NCBI GenBank assembly: GCA_904418995.1 | Contig: CAJFQF010000002.1 | Coordinates: 30,223-94,222, forward strand | From: Candidatus Heritagella intestinalis | Lineage (GTDB): Bacteria; Bacillota; Clostridia; Oscillospirales; Acutalibacteraceae | Length of the DNA stretch: 64,000 nt | Reading direction: 5' to 3' | Part shown: piece by piece, positions 1 through 9,070 of the stretch | Numbering within the stretch: position 1 is the stretch's first letter | Layout: the number at the start of each line of letters is the position of its first letter | The notes under the pieces: model-generated | Databases searched by the model: none | What the model was told of the DNA's origin: nothing | What the model saw: only the letters and a program-made list of their open reading frames with translations | Translations under genes and position numbers: made by a program

Positions 1-237
1 GGACTGGAGGCTCTTGAGGGCTTCCTGTGCGGCATTTGCGCCGGCAACTACGACGTGACGGATATTCTGCTGGATTCCACTTTGAAGATTATCGGCACGG
101 ATATGGCTGCTCTGTCTGAGCTTATCGCCAAGATGGCGAAGCTCTCTGAGGCTGCCAACGTCACCTTTACCCTCTCTATCTCCGCTGACGAGAGCGAGCT
201 GCCGGAGGATGTTCTGGCCGCTGTGACCAAGCTGTAA
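1..237 (+). CDS. 3' end of a CDS that begins upstream of the window; product unknown
   Basis: Frame 1 is open from base 1 to the TAA at 235-237. The listed 55..237 ORF is only its last internal Met. An intrinsic terminator follows. Confidence 0.4.
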   Translation, partial: GLEALEGFLCGICAGNYDVTDILLDSTLKIIGTDMAALSELIAKMAKLSEAANVTFTLSISADESELPEDVLAAVTKL

Positions 238-257
238 TTTTAGGATTTGCTGATGGA

Positions 258-292
258 CCGCCTGCCTGCAATGGGCAGGCGGTTTTGCTTTT
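258..292 (+). terminator. rho-independent terminator
   Basis: Stem CCGCCTGCC / GGCAGGCGG with a 7-nt loop, followed by TTTTGCTTTT. Confidence 0.7.
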
Positions 293-307
293 AGAAAGAG
301 GAAGCGT

Positions 308-928
308 ATGTACTGTATTCTCGTGGCCGGTATGCCGGCTTCCGGAAAATCTACCTTTGCAGCCTGGCTGAGCCGGGAAAAGCATCTGCCGTGTATGTCG
401 AAGGACCAGATCAAGGAGCTGCTTTTCGATATTGTAGGGTTTCGTTCCCGGCAGGAAAAAGTGGCGCTGGGAACCGCTGCGGAGAAAATCCTGTATGCAT
501 TTGCACAAACCCACCTTGCGGCAGGGCTGCCGTTTATCCTGGAAAATAACTTTGAGGATTCCTCCCGGGAAGGGCTGGTCTCCCTGCTGGAAAAGTACGG
601 CTGTTTCCCCATAACGGTTTTGTTTGACGGCGATATAGAGGTTCTCTATCAACGGTTTATCCTCCGGGATCAGTCCCCGGCAAGGCATCGGGGGCATGTG
701 GTGAATACCCAGTATCCGGAAGCCAGCGAGCCTGCGCCCTATTGCCCCATGAGCCTGGAGGATTTCCGCTGGGGGATGGAGGCCAGAGGCTTTGCCCGGT
801 TTCATCCCGGCGGTGCGGTACTCCGCGTAGACTGCACGGATTTTGCCCGGGTGGAGTATTCGGCGATTGTACAGCAGATAGAGGAAATCCTGCGGAAAGA
901 TACCCTGAGAAAGGATGAGAAATTTTGA
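308..928 (+). CDS. P-loop NTPase / AAA-type kinase-like protein
   Basis: N-terminal Walker A GMPASGKST. About 200 aa, typical of small nucleotide/antibiotic kinase-like ATPases. Confidence 0.55.
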   Translation: MYCILVAGMPASGKSTFAAWLSREKHLPCMSKDQIKELLFDIVGFRSRQEKVALGTAAEKILYAFAQTHLAAGLPFILENNFEDSSREGLVSLLEKYGCFPITVLFDGDIEVLYQRFILRDQSPARHRGHVVNTQYPEASEPAPYCPMSLEDFRWGMEARGFARFHPGGAVLRVDCTDFARVEYSAIVQQIEEILRKDTLRKDEKF

Positions 929-1476
929 AATTGATGATTGCTTCGGATATCCATGGTTCGGCTTTTTACTGCCGCAAGTTACTGGATGCCTTTGAAAAGG
1001 AACAGCCGGACCGGCTGCTTTTGCTGGGAGACCTGCTCTATCACGGGCCCCGCAACGACCTGCCTCTGCAATATCTCCCTAAAGAGGTGATTTCCATGCT
1101 CAACGGCGTGAAGGAATCCCTGCTTTGCGTGCGGGGCAACTGCGACACCGAGGTGGATCAAATGGTGCTGGAATTTCCCATCCTCTCGGATTCCTGCTTT
1201 TTGTATTGGAATGGCCGGGCGATTTTCGCCACCCATGGCCACCACATCAATCCCCAGAATCCGCCTTTCCTGCGGCCCGGGGATATCCTTTTAAACGGCC
1301 ATACCCATGTGCCCAAGTGGGAGAAAATGGGGGAAAGCTACTATCTCAATCCCGGCTCCGTGTCCATTCCCAAGGAGGGAAGCACCCAAAGCTATGTGAT
1401 TTTAGAGGAAGAAAGCCTGGTGTTCAAGACCATTAACGGGGAAATCTATCGGGAAGAATCCCTGCCCCTCATCTAA
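925..1476 (+). CDS. yfcE: YfcE-family metallophosphoesterase (phosphodiesterase)
   Basis: Calcineurin-like motifs in order: SDIHG, GDLLYHGPRN, GNCD, THGH, GHTH. 183 aa. The start overlaps the upstream stop. Confidence 0.75.
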   Translation: MKLMIASDIHGSAFYCRKLLDAFEKEQPDRLLLLGDLLYHGPRNDLPLQYLPKEVISMLNGVKESLLCVRGNCDTEVDQMVLEFPILSDSCFLYWNGRAIFATHGHHINPQNPPFLRPGDILLNGHTHVPKWEKMGESYYLNPGSVSIPKEGSTQSYVILEEESLVFKTINGEIYREESLPLI

Positions 1477-1491
1477 AAATCTGTATAAAGG

Positions 1492-1533
1492 GAAGCTGGT
1501 GTGGAAGCGTATTTTACACCGGCTTCTTTTTTT
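1492..1533 (+). terminator. rho-independent terminator
   Basis: Stem GAAGCTGGTGT / ACACCGGCTTC followed by T7. Confidence 0.75.
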
Positions 1534-1625
1534 GTGGTACCCGCTAAGTTCCCCGGCATCCCCTGGGGGGATTCGGGAGAACTTGCCGGAATTTCGGGAA
1601 AATACTTTTCCCGTGTAGAAGGATG

Positions 1626-1713
1626 TGATATAATAGAAAACAATTGATAAGCCGTGCGGCGCCCTTCTGGCTCGGAAATGCAGAAAGGGCACAGCTCCGC
1701 CGGTTATTTTTTT
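1626..1713 (+). promoter_or_regulatory. candidate extended -10 promoter plus terminator-like leader hairpin upstream of fhs
   Basis: TGaTATAAT at 1626-1634. Nested stem CGGCG-CCCTTCTG ... CAGAAAGGG ... CGCCG at 1657-1702 is followed by TTATTTTTTT, immediately before the fhs RBS. Confidence 0.35.
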
Positions 1714-1730
1714 GAGAGGTGAAGAATTTC

Positions 1731-3407
1731 ATGCTGACTGACATTGAAATTGCACAGCAGGCAACCCTGCGTCCCATTTCTGAGATTGCTCAAAACCTGG
1801 GCATCCAGGAAGAAGAACTGGAACCCTATGGCCGCTATAAGGCCAAGGTCAACGAAGCCCTCTTTACCCGCCTGGAAGAGAAGCCCGATGGCAAGCTCAT
1901 CCTGGTGACAGCCATTAACCCTACCCCTGCCGGTGAGGGTAAGACCACCACCTCCGTGGGATTGGGTGAGGCCATGGCGAAAATCGGCAAGAAGGCCGTC
2001 ATCGCCCTGCGGGAGCCTTCCCTGGGGCCGGTGTTCGGCATTAAGGGCGGCGCAGCCGGCGGCGGCTATGCCCAGGTGCTGCCCATGGAGGACATCAACC
2101 TCCACTTCACCGGGGATATGCACGCCATTACCAGCGCCAACAACCTGCTCTGCGCCATGCTGGACAACCATATGCAGCAGGGCAATGCCCTGGATATCGA
2201 CCAGCGGCGGATTCTCATCAAGCGGTGCCTGGATATGAACGACCGGGCCCTGCGGAATATCGTTGTGGGCCTGGGAGGCAAGATCAACGGCGTTCCCCGG
2301 GAGGACGGCTTTATCATCACCGTGGCCAGTGAGGTCATGGCAATCCTGTGCCTGGCAACGGACCGGGAGGACTTGAAGCGCCGCTTGGGGAATATCCTGG
2401 TGGCCTATACTCGCAGCGGCCAGCCGGTGTATGCCCGGGATCTGAAGGCGGACGGCGCTATGGCCGCCCTGCTCAAGGACGCCATTAATCCCAACCTGGT
2501 GCAGACTCTGGAGGGAACCCCGGCCATTATGCACGGCGGCCCCTTTGCCAATATTGCCCACGGCTGTAACTCTGTCCGGGCTACCCGCCTGGCATTGAAG
2601 CTGGGAGATTACTGCATCACCGAGGCGGGCTTCGGCTCCGACCTGGGCGCAGAGAAGTTTATGGACATTAAGTGCCGCATGGCGGGCCTGGCCCCCTCCT
2701 GCGTGGTGGTGGTGGCCACTGTGCGGGCTCTGAAGTACAACGGCGGCGTTCCCAAGGCAGAGCTGGGCGCGGAGAATGTGGAGGCCCTAGAAAAGGGTTC
2801 CGTAAACCTGCGGGCCCATGTGGAGAATATGCGCAAATACGGTGTGCCGGTAGTGGTGGCCATTAACCGCTTCCCCTCGGATACCCAGGCGGAGCTGGAT
2901 GCTGTGGATGCGCTGTGCCGGGAGATGCAGGTGCCCTATGCCCTCAGCGAGGTCTTTGCCAAGGGCGGCGAAGGCGGCGTAGAGCTGGCCAAGATCATTA
3001 TGGAGATTGTGGACAAAGAGGACACCAGCGCAGGCTTCGCCCCCATTTACGGCGATTCCCTGACGGTAGAGGAGAAAATCGAGACCATTGCCCGGGAAAT
3101 TTACGGCGCCGACGGCGTGGTGTACACCAACCCCGCCAAAAAGGCCCTGAAGGAAATCCATGACCTGGGTGGCGACGCTATGCCCGTCTGTATCGCTAAG
3201 ACCCAGTATTCCCTGTCGGACAATGCCGCCCTGTTGGGCCGGCCTACGGGCTTTACTATCACCATCCGGGATTTGCGGCTGTCCAGCGGTGCGGGCTTTG
3301 TGGTGGCCTATGCCGGGGATATTATGACCATGCCCGGCCTGCCCAAGGTTCCTGCGGCAGAGAAGATTGATGTAGATAAAAACGGCGTAATTTCCGGCTT
3401 GTTCTAA
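1731..3407 (+). CDS. fhs: formate--tetrahydrofolate ligase
   Basis: [10 protein letters not shown]-terminus and [12 protein letters not shown]-loop; full-length (about 558 aa) family look. ATG 1731 is preferred over GTG 1719 because the RBS GAGAGGTGAAG sits 7 nt upstream. Confidence 0.95.
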   Translation: MLTDIEIAQQATLRPISEIAQNLGIQEEELEPYGRYKAKVNEALFTRLEEKPDGKLILVTAINPTPAGEGKTTTSVGLGEAMAKIGKKAVIALREPSLGPVFGIKGGAAGGGYAQVLPMEDINLHFTGDMHAITSANNLLCAMLDNHMQQGNALDIDQRRILIKRCLDMNDRALRNIVVGLGGKINGVPREDGFIITVASEVMAILCLATDREDLKRRLGNILVAYTRSGQPVYARDLKADGAMAALLKDAINPNLVQTLEGTPAIMHGGPFANIAHGCNSVRATRLALKLGDYCITEAGFGSDLGAEKFMDIKCRMAGLAPSCVVVVATVRALKYNGGVPKAELGAENVEALEKGSVNLRAHVENMRKYGVPVVVAINRFPSDTQAELDAVDALCREMQVPYALSEVFAKGGEGGVELAKIIMEIVDKEDTSAGFAPIYGDSLTVEEKIETIAREIYGADGVVYTNPAKKALKEIHDLGGDAMPVCIAKTQYSLSDNAALLGRPTGFTITIRDLRLSSGAGFVVAYAGDIMTMPGLPKVPAAEKIDVDKNGVISGLF

Positions 3408-3433
3408 ACAGGCCTTGCATAGGGAGGCGGCAT

Positions 3434-3859
3434 ATGAAGGAATACCGGACTTGTTCTCCGGAACAAACCGAAGCTCTGGGGGAAACACTGGCCGCCGGGC
3501 TTCAGGGCGGCGAGGTGCTGGCCTGCTTTGGCGGCATGGGCATGGGAAAAACGGCTTTTGCCCGGGGGTTGGCTCGGGGCCTGGGCAGTGACGATGCGGT
3601 TTCCAGCCCTACTTTCGCCCTGGTACACGAATATCGGGGAAAAATCCCCCTGTATCACTTTGATATGTTCCGGGTTTCCAGCTGGGAGGACCTGTATTCC
3701 ACCGGATTTTTCGATTATCTGGATACCGGTGCGGTGCTTCTCATTGAATGGAGCGAGAATATTGAGGATGCTCTGCCGAAAGACGCCATTCGCATCCGGT
3801 TCAGCCGGGGAGAAGAGGAAAACCAACGGGTAATCCAGGTGTCCAGCCTGGAAGAATGA
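3434..3859 (+). CDS. tsaE: tRNA t6A37 biosynthesis ATPase TsaE
   Basis: GGMGMGKT Walker A, SPTFALVHEY and HFDMFR motifs. 141 aa. Adjacent to tsaB. Confidence 0.9.
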   Translation: MKEYRTCSPEQTEALGETLAAGLQGGEVLACFGGMGMGKTAFARGLARGLGSDDAVSSPTFALVHEYRGKIPLYHFDMFRVSSWEDLYSTGFFDYLDTGAVLLIEWSENIEDALPKDAIRIRFSRGEEENQRVIQVSSLEE

Positions 3860-3900
3860 GCAGAGAGCTTCTTAGTTAAGAAAGGTTGGGGACAAAAGCA

Positions 3901-4644
3901 ATGCGAATATTGGCGCTGGAATCCTCTGCGGTGGCGGCTTCGGCCTGCATCCAGGAGGACGGAAAAATATTGGGGGAGTTCTATAGCAACACCCGGCAGA
4001 CCCACAGCCAGACCCTGCTGCCCATGGTGCGCACCCTGCTTCGGGACACCGGCACCCAGGTGAAGGATTTGGATTTGCTGGCAGTGTCGGCTGGGCCGGG
4101 CTCGTTTACCGGTGTGCGCATCGGTGTGGCCTGTGTCAAGGGGATGGCTTTCCCCAATGATACGCCCTGCTGCGGTGTTTCTACCCTGGAGGCCATGGCC
4201 ATGAACCTGCGGCAGAGCAGCGCGCTGGTCTGCGCGGTGATGGACGCCCGGTGCGGCCAGGTGTACAATGCCCTGTTTACTACCGGCGAGGGAGAAGTGT
4301 GCCGGTTGACAGAGGACCGGGCTCTCTCCATAGAAGAGCTGGCGGCAGAGTGTCCCAACTGGATGGAAAAGACCGGCAAACCTTTGGTTTTAGTGGGAGA
4401 TGGGGCCCAGCTTTGCTTTGACGCTCCGGCCTTTGCGGCCCTTCCCCGGCAGCTGGCCCCGGAGCACTTGCGGATGCAGCGGGCTTCCGGTGTGGCGGAA
4501 ACTGCCCGCCGGGCGGCTTTGGAGGGAAAGACGGTTTCCCCGGCAGAATTGGCCCCGGTGTATCTGCGGCTTCCCCAAGCCCAACGGGAGCTGAAAAAGC
4601 GGCAGGAGCAGCAGAAGAAGGCGGAACGGGAAAATCATCAATAA
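3901..4644 (+). CDS. tsaB: tRNA t6A37 biosynthesis protein TsaB (YeaZ family)
   Basis: MRILALESS N-terminus and GPGSFTGVRIG motif. ATG 3901 is preferred (RBS AAAGGTTGGGG upstream). Lys/Glu-rich C-terminal tail. Confidence 0.85.
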   Translation: MRILALESSAVAASACIQEDGKILGEFYSNTRQTHSQTLLPMVRTLLRDTGTQVKDLDLLAVSAGPGSFTGVRIGVACVKGMAFPNDTPCCGVSTLEAMAMNLRQSSALVCAVMDARCGQVYNALFTTGEGEVCRLTEDRALSIEELAAECPNWMEKTGKPLVLVGDGAQLCFDAPAFAALPRQLAPEHLRMQRASGVAETARRAALEGKTVSPAELAPVYLRLPQAQRELKKRQEQQKKAERENHQ

Positions 4645-4655
4645 GAGAAAGGCGG

Positions 4656-5582
4656 ATGGAAAGCATGATCGCATTGGGCGCGGATCACGGCGGTTACCGA
4701 TTGAAGGAGGCCGTGAAGCGGTATCTGGAGGAGAAGCAAATTCCCTACCGGGATTTCGGGACTGACAGCGAGGAATCCATAGATTATGGCCCGGTTGCCG
4801 AGCAGGTAGCGCGTTTTGTGGCAGAGGGAAAGGCCCAGCGGGGCATCCTTTGCTGCGGCACTGGCATCGGGATTTCCATAGCGGCTAATAAAGTGCCTGG
4901 AATCCGTGCGGCAGTGGTGACCAATGATTTCTGCGCGGAGATGACCCGCCGCCACAACGACGCCAATATCCTCTGTATGGGTGGTCGGGTGATCGATGAA
5001 GAGACGGCGGTGCGCCTGACGGAGATTTTTCTGACGACCCCCTTTGAGGGCGGCCGCCATACCCGGAGAGTGGCATATATCCATAAAATCGAAGAGGAAG
5101 CCGTGCATTTTGCAGCGCCCAAGGAGGAGGCTGCGGCCGGTATCGCATTGGGCGCGGATCACGGCGGTTACCGATTGAAGGAGGCCGTGAAGCGGTATCT
5201 GGAGGAAAAGCAGATTCCCTACCGGGATTTCGGCGCTAACAGTGAGGAATCCGTAGATTACGCCCCCATTGCCGAGCAGGTGGCGCGTTTTGTGGCAGAG
5301 GGAAAGGCCGAGCGGGGGATCCTCTGCTGCGGCACCGGCATTGGGATTTCCATAGCGGCCAATAAAGTGCCTGGAATCCGTGCGGCAGTGGTGACCAATG
5401 ATTTCTGTGCGGAGATGACCCGCCGCCACAACGACGCCAATATCCTCTGTATGGGGGGCCGGGTGATCGATGAAGAGACGGCAGTGCGCCTGACGGAGAT
5501 CTTTCTGACCACCCCCTTTGAAGGCGGCCGCCATGCCCGGCGGGTGGCATACATTGGGCAAATAGAGAGCAAAGGGCTCTGA
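4656..5582 (+). CDS. rpiB: tandem-fused double RpiB/LacA/LacB-family sugar-phosphate isomerase (two complete RpiB domains in one ORF)
   Basis: IALGADHGGYRLKE ... GILCCGTGIGISIAANK ... RHNDANILCMGGR occurs twice, 158 aa apart. The two copies are joined in frame by a roughly 20-aa linker. Confidence 0.85.
   Translation: MESMIALGADHGGYRLKEAVKRYLEEKQIPYRDFGTDSEESIDYGPVAEQVARFVAEGKAQRGILCCGTGIGISIAANKVPGIRAAVVTNDFCAEMTRRHNDANILCMGGRVIDEETAVRLTEIFLTTPFEGGRHTRRVAYIHKIEEEAVHFAAPKEEAAAGIALGADHGGYRLKEAVKRYLEEKQIPYRDFGANSEESVDYAPIAEQVARFVAEGKAERGILCCGTGIGISIAANKVPGIRAAVVTNDFCAEMTRRHNDANILCMGGRVIDEETAVRLTEIFLTTPFEGGRHARRVAYIGQIESKGL
4668..5575 (+). repeat. 474-bp direct tandem duplication (2 copies) inside the rpiB ORF
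   Basis: Copy 1 starts at 4668 and copy 2 at 5142 (both ATCGCATTGGGCGCGGATCACGG). Nucleotide identity is over 90 percent by eye across about 430 bp. Confidence 0.9.
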
Positions 5583-5618
5583 GTGATAAAAAACAACAGG
5601 ATAAGGGAGGAAACCTTC

Positions 5619-6251
5619 ATGGACAAACAGGTATTTGTCATGGATCATCCGTTGATTCAGCATAAGCTGACGTATCTGCGGGACAAAAATACCGGCTCCA
5701 AAGAATTCCGGGCGCTGGTCAGTGAAATTGCCACGCTGGTGTGCTATGAAGCCACCCGGGATCTGCCTTTGGAAGAGACGGAAATCGAAACGCCCCTGGT
5801 CAAGGCCAAAACCAAAGTGATTGCCGGGCGCAAGCTGGCTTTAGTGCCCATTCTCCGGGCTGGGCTGGGAATGGTGGACGGTGTGCTGACGCTGGTTCCC
5901 GCGGCAAAAGTGGGGCACATCGGCCTGTACCGGGATCACGAGACCCTGCAGCCGGTGGAATATTACAGCAAGCTGCCCTCTGATTTGCCCCAGAGGGACG
6001 TCTTGGTGCTGGACCCCATGCTGGCCACCGGCGGCTCCGCCATTGACGCAATCAGCATTATCAAGAGGAGTCAGCCCAAGAGCATTAAGTTCCTGTGCAT
6101 CATTGCGGCCCCGGAGGGGGTTCGTGCCCTGACCCAGGCCCATCCGGACGTCCAGGTGTACTGCGCTGCGGTGGATGACCGGCTCAATGAAAACGGCTAT
6201 ATCCTCCCAGGGCTGGGGGATGCCGGCGACCGGATTTTCGGAACTCTTTGA
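5619..6251 (+). CDS. upp: uracil phosphoribosyltransferase
   Basis: [21 protein letters not shown] and DPMLATGGS motifs. ATG 5619 has the RBS AAGGGAGG 8 nt upstream. Confidence 0.95.
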   Translation: MDKQVFVMDHPLIQHKLTYLRDKNTGSKEFRALVSEIATLVCYEATRDLPLEETEIETPLVKAKTKVIAGRKLALVPILRAGLGMVDGVLTLVPAAKVGHIGLYRDHETLQPVEYYSKLPSDLPQRDVLVLDPMLATGGSAIDAISIIKRSQPKSIKFLCIIAAPEGVRALTQAHPDVQVYCAAVDDRLNENGYILPGLGDAGDRIFGTL

Positions 6252-6262
6252 CAAATAATTTT

Positions 6263-6301
6263 CTCCGGGCTTTCTTGCGAGGCCCGGAGTTTTGTTTTTT
6301 T
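6263..6301 (+). terminator. rho-independent terminator after upp
   Basis: Stem CTCCGGGC / GCCCGGAG followed by TTTTGTTTTTTT. Confidence 0.8.
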
Positions 6302-6607
6302 GAGCCGCCAGGATGTCTGTCGCTGGAAGGGAAAGGGTTGTTTGAATTTTGTTACGGTTTCTTCGGATTTCCTTTCCAAACCCTTCAAAATTGGGACACA
6401 TTTTAGGGTTATACTGAAATCACAGAAACGGAATCAAACGGAGTGAGTTTTGGAAATAAAAAAATCGCGTTTCTCTCATAACTGCCGGAGCTTACCGGGG
6501 AAGGACGGAATACCGGCCCGGATGGCATGGCAGACCAAGTATAAGTGCCTATTGCAGGCGTTTTCATAAAACCCTTCTTTTTCATTATTCCTTCTCAAAA
6601 ACTAAAA

Positions 6608-6640
6608 GACCGGAGCGAGCGCTTCGGTCTTTTAGTTTTT
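6608..6640 (+). terminator. terminator hairpin of repeat unit A
   Basis: GACCGGAG / CTTCGGTC stem, then TTTTAGTTTTT. One pair is G-T on the + strand and would be A-C on the minus strand. Confidence 0.6.
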
Positions 6641-6933
6641 GTAAGGTTTGACATATGTATTCATAATTTATTGATAAAAACCTCCTAAAAAGTTCTGAAT
6701 GATATCAGAGAATCATCACACTTCCCCGATAGAATAGAGACAGCTTCCAAAAAGAAAGGAGGATGCCAATCAACAAGGTCTCCACGAAATTTCGTGTTTT
6801 GATTTCATAGATTTACTGCCACATGCCTGCCGGAGAAGGACGGAATACCGGGCCGGCTGGCCGGCAGACCAAGTACAAGTGCCCGACAGGGCGTTTCTAT
6901 AGAATTCTTTTTCATAAAACCTCCTTGTTTAAA

Positions 6934-6964
6934 GGGACCGGAAAGCCACCTCCGGTCCCTTTTG
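6934..6964 (+). terminator. terminator hairpin of repeat unit B
   Basis: GGGACCGGA / TCCGGTCCC stem, then TTTTG. Confidence 0.55.
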
Positions 6965-7225
6965 CTATCCAGAAAAATATTCGTTCATAAGTTGTTGATA
7001 AAAACACCCCAGAATATTCCCAGGTTCATCAGAAAACCATCACATTCCGGCGGTATCCTTATGTCAGCAGGAAAGAGAAGCAGACAGGATCAAGACCTGT
7101 TGATTCCTAAATTGATTTACTGCGCCGGAAAGGACGGAATACCGAGCCGGCGGTATGGCAGACCAAGTACAAGTGCCCGACAGGGCGTTTTCATAGATTC
7201 CTTCTTCATAAAAATCCCTTTCTCA

Positions 7226-7270
7226 TGCAGAAGGCCGGGAGCTGGTAATGCTCCCGGCCTTCTGCATTGT
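7226..7270 (+). terminator. long hairpin closing repeat unit C
   Basis: Perfect 17-bp stem TGCAGAAGGCCGGGAGC / GCTCCCGGCCTTCTGCA. Only a weak T tract (TTGT) follows. Confidence 0.45.
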
Positions 7271-7314
7271 GGATTGGAAATTCTTAGAAAATTAGAAAAT
7301 TTGTTCGAAACCTC

Positions 7315-7342
7315 TTGACAGAAATGGAGAAAGTGGTATACT
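7315..7342 (+). promoter_or_regulatory. sigma70-type promoter for the radical SAM gene
   Basis: TTGACA at 7315-7320, 16-nt spacer, TGgTATACT ending at 7342. Confidence 0.6.
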
Positions 7343-7376
7343 GATAAAAACAAACGTTCGAGAAAGAAGGATGCCT

Positions 7377-8642
7377 ATGACGGTCATGGAGAAGCTGGAG
7401 ATTCTTACGGATGCCGCCAAATACGATGTTGCCTGCACTTCCAGTGGGGTGGACCGGGCGGGAAAACAGGGCAGTATCGGGAGCTCGGCGGCCTGCGGGA
7501 TTTGCCATAGTTTTTCGGCGGATGGCCGGTGTATTTCTTTGCTAAAGGTGCTGTTTTCCAACGCCTGCATTTATAACTGCGAATACTGTATCAACCGCTG
7601 TTCCAACCAGGTGCGCCGGGCTTCTTTTACCCCCAGGGAACTGGCGGACCTGACCATGGGGTTTTATCGCCGGAACTATATCGAAGGCCTGTTCCTCAGC
7701 TCCGCCGTGATACGGAATCCCGACTATACCTGCGAGCAGCTTTTGGAAACCCTGCGCATCCTCCGGGAGGAATACCGGTTCCGGGGATATATCCACGCCA
7801 AGGCGATTCCCGGGGCGGACCCTTTATTGCTGTCTCGAATGGGCCTTCTGGCCGACCGGATGAGCGTGAATATTGAGCTGCCTAGCGAGGGGAGCCTCCG
7901 GCGGCTGGCGCCGGAAAAATCCCGCCACTCCATTTTTGCCCCTATGGGTTTGATTTCCGGGAAGATTCAGGAGCATTCCTCGGAGATGGTGCGTTATCGC
8001 CACGCCCAGCCCTTTTCTCCGGCAGGGCAGAGTACCCAGATGATTATCGGGGCCACCCCGGAGAGCGATTGGCAGATTCTCCGGCTGACACAGGGGCTGT
8101 ATCGGAAGTACCGGCTCAAGCGGGTGTTTTTCTCCGCTTATGTGCCGGTAAACACCACGGCCCTGCTGCCTCCGGCGGGCACCCGGCCGCCCCTGCTCCG
8201 GGAGCACCGGCTCTATCAGGCGGACTGGCTCCTGCGGTACTACGGGTTTACAGCGGAAGAGTTGCTGGACGAGGCCCATCCCAATTTCAATCCCCTCATC
8301 GACCCCAAGGCCAACTGGGCCCTGCACCACATGGAGCAATTCCCTGTGGAGGTAAACCGGGCGGACTATGAGGTGCTGCTCCGGGTACCGGGGATTGGGG
8401 TAAAGAGCGCCCGGGCGATTCTCAGGGCCCGGCGTGTGGCTTCTTTGGATTTCCCGGACCTGAAAAAGCTGGGAGTGGTTCTCAAGCGGGCTCAATATTT
8501 CCTCACCTGCCGGGGAAAAGCCATGGAGGGATTGTACGTGTCCCAAGATGCCGTTTTGCGGAATCTCATCACCCAGCAAGGCCGGAACCTGTTGCCTAAG
8601 GAATCCTTCCAGCAGCTTTCCCTTTTTGAAAGCCTTGCCTAA
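7377..8642 (+). CDS. putative DNA modification/repair radical SAM protein (TIGR03916-like)
   Basis: KYDVACTSSG N-terminal signature, CxxxCxxC cluster (CIYNCEYC), C-terminal helix-hairpin-helix-like LLRVPGIGVKSA. ATG 7377 is preferred on RBS spacing. Confidence 0.75.
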   Translation: MTVMEKLEILTDAAKYDVACTSSGVDRAGKQGSIGSSAACGICHSFSADGRCISLLKVLFSNACIYNCEYCINRCSNQVRRASFTPRELADLTMGFYRRNYIEGLFLSSAVIRNPDYTCEQLLETLRILREEYRFRGYIHAKAIPGADPLLLSRMGLLADRMSVNIELPSEGSLRRLAPEKSRHSIFAPMGLISGKIQEHSSEMVRYRHAQPFSPAGQSTQMIIGATPESDWQILRLTQGLYRKYRLKRVFFSAYVPVNTTALLPPAGTRPPLLREHRLYQADWLLRYYGFTAEELLDEAHPNFNPLIDPKANWALHHMEQFPVEVNRADYEVLLRVPGIGVKSARAILRARRVASLDFPDLKKLGVVLKRAQYFLTCRGKAMEGLYVSQDAVLRNLITQQGRNLLPKESFQQLSLFESLA

Positions 8643-9070
8643 GCACGGGGAAACTTACAGCAAGAAACAGCTTTGTTTTATCGTGAAGGTAGCCGCGCGT
8701 GGACTAAGAGAATGGTTTGCGCTCTCTTTAGGCGCGGATTGGGAGCGGCAACTTGCCGCCGAGGGTCCAGGGGCGAGAAGCCCTTGGTCGCCCATCGCAA
8801 TGGGCGAAATCCCCCTTTCCGTAGGGCGCATTTTCGGGGGTGAATTGGGAAATATCCCGGCGGGATGTTTCCCGAGAGGGCCCCTTTTGCAAGAAAAAAG
8901 GGGCCCTGGCCTCGATCCTGATGCTGTTTTCCTTCGTTTCCCTAGTAGGGGAAATCGAAACCATAGGGGATAGAAGAGATGTAACAGAGAAGTCGGGGGT
9001 CCTGCGTTTTTTCTTTGGCCATGCGTAGGCGCCCCCTATATTAGCCTTCGTGGGAAAGGAGAGAATAGTA

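Larger units (their letters stand above)
6481..7270 (+). repeat. three tandem copies of an unclassified 295-335 bp structured element (candidate sRNA genes), each ending in a hairpin
   Basis: The core GGACGGAATACCG...GGCAGACCAAGTAyAAGTGCC...GCGTTTTCATA recurs at 6503, 6838 and 7132. A TTCATAAnTTnTTGATAAAAAC box recurs at 6660 and 6985. Each unit closes with a GC hairpin. Confidence 0.7.

Noticed and set aside
1534-1730. ZTP (pfl) or THF riboswitch upstream of fhs
   Set aside because: fhs is a known ZTP-regulon member, but I could not find the ACUGGCG ... CCGCCUGGGC type conserved segments. Only loose fragments (CUGGCUCGG, CCGCCGG) are present. It needs a covariance-model scan and is not called.
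6410-7230. Small minus-strand ORFs starting MKK... with good SD sequences inside each repeat unit (25-57 aa), plus even shorter MN.Y.. ORFs upstream of them
   Set aside because: Units B and C keep the frame (TPCRALVLGLP..), but unit A has a 1-nt indel that changes the downstream peptide and unit D ends early. The conserved positions fit paired stems better than codons, and the peptides are not hydrophobic enough for type I toxins. Kept only as a caveat; ribosome profiling could revive it.
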